From positions 64,001 to 128,000 of the IMG/VR virus record IMGVR_UViG_3300023243_000009: a stretch of 64,000 nt of DNA; one strand, written 5' to 3'. Of this stretch, positions 28,191 through 35,057 are shown piece by piece. Position numbers and translations under genes: made by a program. Position 1 is the stretch's first letter; every line of letters starts with the position of its first letter. Origin of the DNA: a virus. Below the pieces are notes generated by a model. It was not told the origin of the DNA. It ran no database searches and saw only the letters and a list, made by a program, of their open reading frames with translations.

Positions 28191-28272
28191 TACGTTTGGA
28201 GAGATTCGAACTCTCACACCTTAAGGCACTAGATTCTAAATCTAGCATGTCTACCAATTCCAACACAAACGC
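28191..28272 (-). tRNA. tRNA-Leu (TAG)
   Basis: CTAGA-TTTAGAA-TCTAG, variable arm. Confidence 0.88.
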
Positions 28273-28274
28273 AA

Positions 28275-28303
28275 TTTAATCTTATCCAATTATGTCAATG
28301 ATC
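28275..28303 (-). promoter_or_regulatory. boxA-like leader of a tRNA sub-operon
   Basis: GATCATTGACATAATTGGATAAGATTAAA directly before tRNA-Leu; second copy at 32170-32196. Confidence 0.55.
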
Positions 28304-28314
28304 TTTTATTAATC

Positions 28315-28515
28315 TTAAAACCTAAGTTTTAATGTTTTTAATTCGCTTTCGATACGAATTATATTCTTATCAGTTAAGGGAATTTGTTTTTTTGTTTCCT
28401 TACAAGTTTTTGTTCCAGATTTTAATTGATCTGATAATCTTGAATAAACTGTTCTTCTTCTATCTTTTGCTGATAATAGCATACTATGTGAAACTCCATT
28501 ACTCTTTGATGACAT
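28315..28515 (-). CDS. small basic hypothetical protein
   Basis: 66 aa, downstream of a promoter repeat. Confidence 0.6.
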   Translation of the reverse strand: MSSKSNGVSHSMLLSAKDRRRTVYSRLSDQLKSGTKTCKETKKQIPLTDKNIIRIESELKTLKLRF

Positions 28516-28545
28516 AACTTCTCGGTTTTTATATTTATTACTTAT

Positions 28546-28581
28546 ACGTGAATATACGAAACATACCCCACGTATCCTAAT
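28546..28581. repeat. 36-bp direct repeat copy 1 (promoter)
   Basis: ACGTGAATATACGAAACATACCCCACGTATCCTAAT. Confidence 0.9.
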
Positions 28582-28808
28582 TATTCTTTAATTATTTTTA
28601 CAATATCATGATCAGTTTCTGGTATTCTATTTTTTAGAAATACAAACCCATCATGTGTTCTTGTTCCTTGACCTAATCCTTTATCTAAATAACCTACAAC
28701 ATGATCTAGATATTCAGTATCAGTTGTTGGTCTCAAATACATTAACTTAGCACCGTGTGAACTGATTAAAATATCACCTTTTTTACAATTTCTTAAATCT
28801 ACGCTCAT
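28581..28808 (-). CDS. hypothetical protein flanked by direct repeats
   Basis: 75 aa; stop codon abuts repeat copy 1. Confidence 0.7.
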   Translation of the reverse strand: MSVDLRNCKKGDILISSHGAKLMYLRPTTDTEYLDHVVGYLDKGLGQGTRTHDGFVFLKNRIPETDHDIVKIIKE

Positions 28809-28844
28809 AACCTTTATTGTTTTTAATGTTCGAACCTTACGAAC

Positions 28845-28880
28845 ACGTGAAGATACGAAACATACCCCACGTATCCTAAT
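28845..28880. repeat. 36-bp direct repeat copy 2 (promoter)
   Basis: ACGTGAAGATACGAAACATACCCCACGTATCCTAAT (35/36 identical to copy 1). Confidence 0.9.
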
Positions 28881-28910
28881 ATTTTTGCAATTACTGTTTA
28901 ATTGCTTTTG

Positions 28911-28984
28911 AGAGTGAGACAGGAATCGAACCCGTTAAAAATTGGTTTTGCAAACCAACTGCCCAACCATGAACATCCCACTCT
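28911..28984 (-). tRNA. tRNA-Cys (GCA)
   Basis: TTGG-TTTGCAAA-ACCAA region, anticodon GCA. Confidence 0.8.
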
Positions 28985-28986
28985 TT

Positions 28987-29496
28987 TTACATACCTAAAT
29001 ATGGTTTCCATTCATCCGGGATAAATGTTGTCTTTTTTAATAACATCAAATAATGCGGCCTTTGGGGTTTTGGTATTGGTTTACCATATTCCTTTAAAGT
29101 TAAATCCGCTTTTTCATTGTTACATCTTTTACAAGCAGTAACTAAATTATCCCATTTATTAGGCCCACCTTTAGATTGAGGTATAACGTGATCTAACGTT
29201 AGAGTCTTGCGGTTTTCACAACCACAATACACACACTCATACCCATCTCTTTTGAATATATTCTCACGTGTTAGAGGTACTTTATGAAAATTCATCTTCA
29301 CATAAGTGTGTACTCTAATAATAGAGGGTTTAAAGATTGTTAATTCTGGGTTTACTACACCAAATGTTTCTGGGTATTCCGTTACTACATCAGCATTTCC
29401 CTTATATGAGATTACGAATGCCCTTTCTGTAGTAATAATACTCCTAGCAATATAACTAGTGTCAATTACTAAGGTTTTGTCATAACGGTTTTTCAT
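28987..29496 (-). CDS. HNH endonuclease (McrA-like)
   Basis: RENIFKRDGYECVYC, TLDHVIPQSKGG, NLVTACKRCNNEK. Confidence 0.92.
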   Translation of the reverse strand: MKNRYDKTLVIDTSYIARSIITTERAFVISYKGNADVVTEYPETFGVVNPELTIFKPSIIRVHTYVKMNFHKVPLTRENIFKRDGYECVYCGCENRKTLTLDHVIPQSKGGPNKWDNLVTACKRCNNEKADLTLKEYGKPIPKPQRPHYLMLLKKTTFIPDEWKPYLGM

Positions 29497-29506
29497 GATT
29501 AAATAA

Positions 29507-29686
29507 CTATGGTTTATATTGTGTGTTTCTAAACGTTTTCCAATTTATCTCTTTACGTTTATTCCTACCATTACATCCACTATTGGGACCACATAATGGA
29601 CACCCTAATACTTGTCCGGAGTGGTACATTTTGTACGTACGAGAATTGGTTGTTGTTTGTTGAAATTTTTTTACTTTTTTTAACAT
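29507..29686 (-). CDS. 59-aa basic Cys-containing protein
   Basis: MLKKVKKFQQTTTNSRTYKMYHSGQVLGCPLCGPNSGCNGRNKRKEINWKRFRNTQYKP, read manually. Confidence 0.6.
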   Translation of the reverse strand: MLKKVKKFQQTTTNSRTYKMYHSGQVLGCPLCGPNSGCNGRNKRKEINWKTFRNTQYKP

Positions 29687-29760
29687 GTTTGCTCTGTTTT
29701 TAGGTTAATTTACCTAAAGAGCATCGAATTTTTTTTTCATTTTTAAATTATTTAATTTTG

Positions 29761-29829
29761 CACGCCATCAAAGAATCGAACTCTGTCCTACGGGGTTGGA
29801 ATCCGTTTGGTTACCATAACCTATGACGC
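29761..29829 (-). tRNA. tRNA-Trp (CCA)
   Basis: ACGG(A)-TTCCAAC-(C)CCGT, G73. Confidence 0.7.
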
Positions 29830-29899
29830 ATATAGAAAAACTGTTCAGATTCAATCCTGCCGAAGCTGTCCAGATTGGGGATCCTGTTTTTCTATTTTG

Positions 29900-29972
29900 A
29901 ACCCCTGCCCAGATTCAAACTGGGATTGGAAGGATAGAAGCCTACTGTTTTATTCAGTTAAACTACAAGGGC
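29900..29972 (-). tRNA. tRNA-Arg (TCT)
   Basis: AGG-CTTCTAT-CCT. Confidence 0.75.
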
Positions 29973-29979
29973 ATTAATG

Positions 29980-30052
29980 AATTCCCGGAGAGATTCGAAC
30001 TCTCAATCTCTCGATTCGTATTCGAGGGCATTGCCATTTATGCTACGGAAAT
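29980..30052 (-). tRNA. tRNA-Arg (ACG)
   Basis: CTCGA-ATACGAA-TCGAG. Confidence 0.85.
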
Positions 30053-30074
30053 ATTTGGAGGTTTTTCCTTATTG

Positions 30075-30154
30075 TACCCGTGATAGGATTCGAACCTACA
30101 AGCCGAAGCAATCGCGTTTAAGACGACCATGTTTTCCAATTTCATCACACGGGC
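30075..30154 (-). tRNA. tRNA-Leu (TAA)
   Basis: GTCGT-CTTAAAC-GCGAT, variable arm GC-TTCG-GC. Confidence 0.85.
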
Positions 30155-30253
30155 ATAAAGCCAACCCCGTAGGTTAGCAGGACATCTTTAGGTAATGTCT
30201 TTGCAAGAATTTTCATCTCTGACCAATTCGATCACCCTTTGGGCGTCAATAGG

Positions 30254-30327
30254 GGTGTAAGGTGGGTTTCGATCCCACTACCCTTCGGATCACAACCGAA
30301 CGCTCTTCCGATTGAGCTACAAACACC
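30254..30327 (-). tRNA. tRNA-His (GTG)
   Basis: TTCGG-TTGTGAT-CCGAA, G-1:C73. Confidence 0.85.
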
Positions 30328-30428
30328 ATATTTGTAAGGCTCCCACTTTCCTTACTTGTTAGTCTAAAGTTTTATCTTTGCAGAAGCAGGTGACTAAATT
30401 ATCCTTTAACCCGAGTGGTTTTAAATAG

Positions 30429-30500
30429 TATCAATAGATAGGATTGAACCATCGACCTGTTCCATATGAAAGAACCGCTCTACCACTGAGCTATATTGAT
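30429..30500 (-). tRNA. tRNA-Met/Ile2 (CAT)
   Basis: ATCAATA/TATTGAT, GTTCT-TTCATAT-GGAAC. Confidence 0.75.
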
Positions 30501-30506
30501 GTTTTG

Positions 30507-30592
30507 AGGAAGAAATCGGAATCGAACCGAATGCCTTTTACAGCACGATTATCTTAGCAGGATACCCTAATCACCATCATAGTTTATCTTCC
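30507..30592 (-). tRNA. tRNA-Ser (GCT)
   Basis: TATC-CTGCTAA-GATA, long variable arm. Confidence 0.88.
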
Positions 30593-30597
30593 TTTTG

Positions 30598-30670
30598 TCG
30601 AAGTGGTAGGTTACGATCCTACTACCTTTGTCGTATCAGGACAATGCTCTACCAATTGAGCTACACTCCG
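30598..30670 (-). tRNA. tRNA-Ile (GAT)
   Basis: TTGTC-CTGATAC-GACAA. Confidence 0.88.
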
Positions 30671-30676
30671 GAATTG

Positions 30677-30750
30677 CTCCTCAGGTAGGGTTCGAACCTA
30701 CTACCTACGCATTAACAGTGCGCCGCTCTAACCAGATGAGCTACTGAGGA
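30677..30750 (-). tRNA. tRNA-Asn (GTT)
   Basis: TCCTCAG acceptor, GCGCA-CTGTTAA-TGCGT. Confidence 0.92.
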
Positions 30751-30757
30751 ATTTTTA

Positions 30758-30838
30758 GTTACGATTAAAGGACTCGAACCTTCATTGGACATATCTGCCG
30801 CTACTGCTCATGAGACAGTCAACGCACCTGCATCGTAA
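30758..30838 (-). tRNA. atypical CAT-anticodon tRNA-like gene (reduced D-arm, long variable arm)
   Basis: TTACGAT/ATCGTAA; ACTGT-CTCATGA-GCAGT; GAAGG-TTCGAGT-CCTTT. Confidence 0.55.
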
Positions 30839-30843
30839 TGTAA

Positions 30844-30919
30844 TGGTGGTACTGATTGGTATCGAACCAACTACACCTAGATTTTCAGTCTAGTGCTCTA
30901 CCGTTTGAGCTACAGTACC
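30844..30919 (-). tRNA. tRNA-Phe (GAA), CCA encoded
   Basis: CTAGA-CTGAAAA-TCTAG. Confidence 0.93.
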
Positions 30920-31006
30920 AAATAAGAATGTGGTGGGACCCGATGTAATTTAACCACACCCTTTATACATTGTCCTAGGTTGTATAAAGGTACATCTTCA
31001 CTATCG

Positions 31007-31087
31007 TGGGCGATGGTGGACTCGAACCACTCCCTTTCGGACGGAATTTACAGTCCCGCTGTCGTATCCGAACGACTTTCAACCCCC
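31007..31087 (-). tRNA. tRNA-Tyr (GTA) with extended D-stem
   Basis: CGGGA-CTGTAAA-TTCCG; D-arm GTCGT-TCGGAT-ACGAC. Confidence 0.75.
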
Positions 31088-31162
31088 ATTTTCTAATCTT
31101 AAAATAATCTTTACCAAGACTTTTACACCTTGTTTTATTTCTAACGTTTAAAACTAGAATTA

Positions 31163-31234
31163 GTTAACGTACAAGAATCGAACTTGCTTCTCCCGGCTCA
31201 TTGCCGGGCGTGGTCACCATTCCACTAACGCCAA
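31163..31234 (-). tRNA. atypical tRNA, anticodon ATG (His-like, C73, A33)
   Basis: TTGGCGT/ACGTTAA; GTGG/CCAC D-stem; CCCGG-CAATGAG-CCGGG. Confidence 0.55.
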
Positions 31235-31333
31235 AAACTATAATTAATTGGAACTACAATTCCTAACCTCTATAGAGTAGTCTGTGTTTAGATCACTATT
31301 GTAGTAATGATTCTCTTCACCCAACTATTTTTG

Positions 31334-31404
31334 TACCTCCTGATGGAATCGAACCATCGCACTTTGCATGTAAAACAAATACGCTACCATTACGTCAAAG
31401 AGGT
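31334..31404 (-). tRNA. tRNA-Val (TAC)
   Basis: TTTGT-TTTACAT-GCAAA. Confidence 0.85.
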
Positions 31405-31417
31405 AAGTTTAATTTTT

Positions 31418-31482
31418 TAGTTATGATAGGATTCGAACCTATATCTTGCGGACCGCCATGTTAACCGTTACACCACACAACC
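31418..31482 (-). ncRNA. 65-nt tRNA-like RNA with a miniature anticodon arm
   Basis: GGTTGTG/CATAACT; D- and T-arms normal; anticodon arm only GCG-GTC-CGC. Confidence 0.6.
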
Positions 31483-31514
31483 CCGGAAATTAATAACCTC
31501 AACTTGCAAATTTG

Positions 31515-31586
31515 TACCCCTGTTAGGAGTCGAACCTAACCCCACTGTTTAAAAGACAGTTGCCTACACCGGTTTGCTACAGGGAT
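31515..31586 (-). tRNA. tRNA-Lys (TTT)
   Basis: ACTGT-CTTTTAA-ACAGT. Confidence 0.88.
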
Positions 31587-31782
31587 AGAAGTAAATAAAA
31601 GATTGGTGTATCAATAACCTCCATTTAAATGTTTTGATATCATTACATTTAAACCTGTTTCACAGTTACCCCTTTGGCTAAGAGAGCTTATTATGATATT
31701 AAGCTTAATCTTTTATTAAAACTATTGCGGACTCTTTTCGAACTTTGCGGGCTCGTATCATTCCTTCTTTTGATAGTTTTTG

Positions 31783-31854
31783 TCGGGTAGACAGGAGTCG
31801 AACCTGCCGCCTCTCGCTTCCAAAGCGAGCTTCTCACCTCGAGAATACTACCCG
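31783..31854 (-). tRNA. tRNA-Pro (TGG)
   Basis: CGGGTAG/CTACCCG, CTCGC-TTTGGAA-GCGAG. Confidence 0.88.
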
Positions 31855-31921
31855 AATTAATCTACTTTTAGCCTGGTTATTTTAGCTAAGCCTTTTAGCC
31901 AGGTTATTTTGTAAATTATTG

Positions 31922-31993
31922 TTGGTCTGGAGAGAATCGAACTCCCATTAATTGAGTCAAAGTCAAATGTAATAACCGTTATACCACAGACCA
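31922..31993 (-). tRNA. tRNA-Gln (TTG)
   Basis: TGGTCTG/CAGACCA, TTGA-CTTTGAC-TCAA. Confidence 0.88.
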
Positions 31994-32081
31994 ATAATGT
32001 AAGAGTTGGGCTCTTACTACCTCAATTAAGCATATCAGCTGGACCATTATGCCAGCGTTCGAATCAGAATTGATAGTTTTG

Positions 32082-32168
32082 AAGAAGGTGTGGGATTCGA
32101 ACCCACGGATCTTTTACAATCACTAGTTTTCAAGACTAGCACAATAAGCCAGACTCTGTCAACCTTCC
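32082..32168 (-). tRNA. tRNA-Ser (TGA), second copy
   Basis: CTAGT-CTTGAAA-ACTAG, long variable arm. Confidence 0.9.
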
Positions 32169-32169
32169 T

Positions 32170-32196
32170 TTAATCTTATCCAATATGTCAATGAAC
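32170..32196 (-). promoter_or_regulatory. boxA-like leader of the tRNA operon
   Basis: GTTCATTGACATATTGGATAAGATTAA directly before the first tRNA. Confidence 0.6.
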
Positions 32197-32216
32197 CTTT
32201 TTTACTTTCTACCCCA

Positions 32217-32250
32217 TGAAGATACGAAATCTACTCCGGGTAACCTAATT
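32217..32250 (-). promoter_or_regulatory. tRNA operon promoter
   Basis: TTAGGTTACCCGGAGTAGATTTCGTATCTTCA, same layout as the other promoters. Confidence 0.6.
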
Positions 32251-32266
32251 TTTTTGCATAAATTTT

Positions 32267-32301
32267 AAAAAAAAACCCGAATCTTTTCAGATCCGGGTTT
32301 T
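32267..32301 (-). terminator. intrinsic terminator
   Basis: CCCGGATC-TGAAAA-GATTCGGG followed by T9. Confidence 0.85.
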
Positions 32302-32327
32302 ATATAAATGATATGTATTTTAAACTA

Positions 32328-32483
32328 TCAACTCATAATGTACCCGGAAATATGTCTCGGTTGCTTATATTCGCTATTAAATGTAAAGCCACAAATCACA
32401 TCACTACATAACGATAACGTCCATATATTAAGGACCTGCATCGAGGCATGTAGATTTGTAAATATGTTTTGAAGTGTTTTCAT
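32328..32483 (-). CDS. 51-aa leader-like ORF
   Basis: MKTLQNIFTNLHASMQVLNIWTLSLCSDVICGFTFNSEYKQPRHISGYIMS, between a promoter-like motif and the terminator. Confidence 0.45.
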   Translation of the reverse strand: MKTLQNIFTNLHASMQVLNIWTLSLCSDVICGFTFNSEYKQPRHISGYIMS

Positions 32484-32553
32484 GTTTATTTTTATTCTAT
32501 AATAAATATATGAAAAAGATATTAAGTCGCCAAGGAATTTTTTTCTTTTTCTT

Positions 32554-33093
32554 TTATTTTTTAATTATTTTTTTTAACGCATTTACATAGTTGGGATCCT
32601 CCGCATAATATTGAGATAGATAACTATAATATTCTTGTTCTGTTCTAATTTTATATAAATAAGTTGAATAATACAGGGCATAATCTAGTACCGAGTCTTG
32701 CCAATTGTTATAATGAGCATGTGATCTCTTAGTTCCAACTGCTAAATTAGCTCTTGATCTTGCTTCTTTCATCCCAAATAAATTATTATTTTCCAAAAAT
32801 ATGTGGGAAGAGAAATTAGAGGACTCGAGTTTAGCTTGTGCCAATACAATATGGGGAAATTTAAAGTTTAAACTATATATTTTCTCTTTTAATTTTTCTT
32901 CAGAAAAAGTATTTGCTTCTCGTATTATAATAAGCCTATCTTCTAAGGATATATTTTCTGTTTTTTTGTTATTATTGTAAGTAAGACCAAATATGGTTAC
33001 TAACCCTAATACCGCCCCAAACCCCAATAAGGATCTGCTTGTTATACTAGTTTTTTCATATAACATCGTTTCTTGATTAAATTTATAATACAT
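32554..33093 (-). CDS. membrane-anchored glucosaminidase-like (GH73) cell-wall hydrolase
   Basis: N-terminal TM, LAQAKLES, NNLFGMK, YAEDPNY. Confidence 0.75.
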   Translation of the reverse strand: MYYKFNQETMLYEKTSITSRSLLGFGAVLGLVTIFGLTYNNNKKTENISLEDRLIIIREANTFSEEKLKEKIYSLNFKFPHIVLAQAKLESSNFSSHIFLENNNLFGMKEARSRANLAVGTKRSHAHYNNWQDSVLDYALYYSTYLYKIRTEQEYYSYLSQYYAEDPNYVNALKKIIKK

Positions 33094-33125
33094 AACCTTA
33101 ATTGTTTTTAATTGTTATTATACCT

Positions 33126-33156
33126 GAATATACGAAAGATATTATGGGAAACCAAA
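33126..33156 (-). promoter_or_regulatory. Bacteroidota-type promoter
   Basis: TTTGGTTTCCCATAATATCTTTCGTATATTCA. Confidence 0.7.
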
Positions 33157-33190
33157 TTTATTGAATATTCAGTTTATGGGTTTAATTTTT

Positions 33191-33409
33191 CTAATTTATT
33201 AACTTTAACCAACCCCATTTTATGCCTTTAGTCATTCGGTTTTTAATTGTAATGTAATCTCCTGATTTTTCACATGCTATAAAGTCACGTAATATTATTT
33301 CTTTTCTTTGTTGGTTGAATTCACCCTCATCTTCAACTACTATTTCGTAATTTTTATTTCTATACCTATAAACTACCATGTTATATAGTTTTTGATAGAG
33401 TATACACAC
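33191..33409 (-). CDS. hypothetical protein
   Basis: 72-aa ORF in the accessory block. Confidence 0.55.
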   Translation of the reverse strand: MCILYQKLYNMVVYRYRNKNYEIVVEDEGEFNQQRKEIILRDFIACEKSGDYITIKNRMTKGIKWGWLKLIN

Positions 33410-33707
33410 TATTAGAAGTTCTAAACTTCACATAACCCTCAGATTGCTCAAGGATTTCAGTTACGGTAGTGGTTTGCCAAGTAAAAAATTGATTAAAGGG
33501 TGACATTATTAACGTAAAACCTACTTCAGGTAATGTATGCATAGCTTTAACACCCTTGCCATTTTCATTAAATTCCAACCATCTTACGTCTTTACTATTT
33601 TTGGTTAACCCGTCTCTTTCCCTAACTAGTTTGTAATTAAATTCTGTTTCTATACCTTGTTCTTTTAGAATATTAACCGGTATTTTTATTTGTTTTATTT
33701 TACTCAT
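33381..33707 (-). CDS. hypothetical protein
   Basis: 108 aa; WQTT.VTEI ... FRTSNSVY. Confidence 0.65.
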   Translation of the reverse strand: MSKIKQIKIPVNILKEQGIETEFNYKLVRERDGLTKNSKDVRWLEFNENGKGVKAMHTLPEVGFTLIMSPFNQFFTWQTTTVTEILEQSEGYVKFRTSNSVYTLSKTI

Positions 33708-34015
33708 ACTATACCATTATTATTGATTTCCTCAAGTCTATCTAATATTATAAATTGTTTATCTAATAAATTTTGTATATATTTTTTTGTAATTGTTGGT
33801 GATTCGATATCACAATATAAAATAAAAAGGAGATTGTGTGTTTTTTTAAATAATTTTTCACCAAATAACCAATACCTTTTTCTAACTTTAATAATGGGTA
33901 ACGTGTCGTAAAAATAGGTATTATAACCCGTAAAGTCCCTACCATGTTCTAACTCACCACCAAATTCTTTAACACTGTATAGGAACTTTCGACCTTTATA
34001 CTCTAATTGTTTCAT
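33704..34015 (-). CDS. hypothetical protein
   Basis: 103-aa coupled ORF. Confidence 0.6.
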   Translation of the reverse strand: MKQLEYKGRKFLYSVKEFGGELEHGRDFTGYNTYFYDTLPIIKVRKRYWLFGEKLFKKTHNLLFILYCDIESPTITKKYIQNLLDKQFIILDRLEEINNNGIV

Positions 34016-34692
34016 ATCTCTAAAATATTTCCATTACTACTCAATCTACCAAATTTTCCATCAGTAACCACGGAACCGTTTGAAAATACTGTATCCAAAC
34101 CATCAACAGTTCGAGTCCCAGCATTGATAATGTCTTTACAGTTATGTATGTGACCGAACAACATGAGTTGAGGGTTGATTAATTTAACAACGTTCCATAA
34201 ACTTTTACACCCACAAAACTCCATTACGTTCATTCTATCAATACCCATATCCAATATTCCTTTTGGTGGGCCATGGGTTACAATAATATCCACATCCTTA
34301 TCAATTATACCACTCCAAATTCTATCTAACTTGTTTCTTGCTTTGTTGAATGACCAACCATTACCAAATGATGGTGTTAATGGTGAACCAAATATTTTGA
34401 TTCCTTCAATAGTAATATGCTCATTCTCTAAGTAGTGAATACCATTCACTTGAATATCAGATATGGATACCAATCCTTTTTCAATTGAACTATCGTGGTT
34501 ACCTGCTACAAATATTTTATGTTTGATAGGTAATTCAGAAAACCAATCTATAAAGTTTCTAACTTCAGGTTCATTGTTATAAGGATCTCTAGGGTTAGAA
34601 CAGTCACCACTAAAGATGACCATATCTATTCCTTTTGGTATTTCTAATAAACCGTGGTATGTGTGAGTATCCCCAATATGCCAAATCTTCAT
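34012..34692 (-). CDS. calcineurin-like metallophosphoesterase, copy A
   Basis: GDTH, SGD, AGNHD, THGPP, FGHIH. Confidence 0.92.
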   Translation of the reverse strand: MKIWHIGDTHTYHGLLEIPKGIDMVIFSGDCSNPRDPYNNEPEVRNFIDWFSELPIKHKIFVAGNHDSSIEKGLVSISDIQVNGIHYLENEHITIEGIKIFGSPLTPSFGNGWSFNKARNKLDRIWSGIIDKDVDIIVTHGPPKGILDMGIDRMNVMEFCGCKSLWNVVKLINPQLMLFGHIHNCKDIINAGTRTVDGLDTVFSNGSVVTDGKFGRLSSNGNILEI

Positions 34693-34853
34693 TACTTCTA
34701 TTTTTTAGGTCTACCTCTTTTTGAGGTAATAATATTGTATTTTTTATATTTATCTTCTATAATATAATAGAGATCTATTATTTCCCCACTACATTCTACA
34801 CATTCATATATTGCTTAGTTTCTATCAAATTTAACATGTTTTATTTATTTTAA

Positions 34854-35057
34854 TTATGCTTCTTCGTGACCAAATGCATTTACCCATTCTTCTGGTGTAA
34901 TACCTGAGATTATAAACTCTCTTTCATCTGAGCTTATATTTGTAAATACATTTTGAGCTAATTCTCCTCTTTCATGTCTTACTAATTGCTCATTAGTTGC
35001 ATCCAATTCCATGGTGTTTGTTTTACCGGATAACTGTGATTTTCTTGTGATTTTCAT
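34854..35057 (-). CDS. hypothetical protein
   Basis: 67 aa; EREFIISGITPEEW. Confidence 0.65.
   Translation of the reverse strand: MKITRKSQLSGKTNTMELDATNEQLVRHERGELAQNVFTNISSDEREFIISGITPEEWVNAFGHEEA

Noticed and set aside
29977-30177. 66-aa plus-strand ORF in the tRNA cluster
   Set aside because: It is the antisense of tRNA-Arg and tRNA-Leu genes
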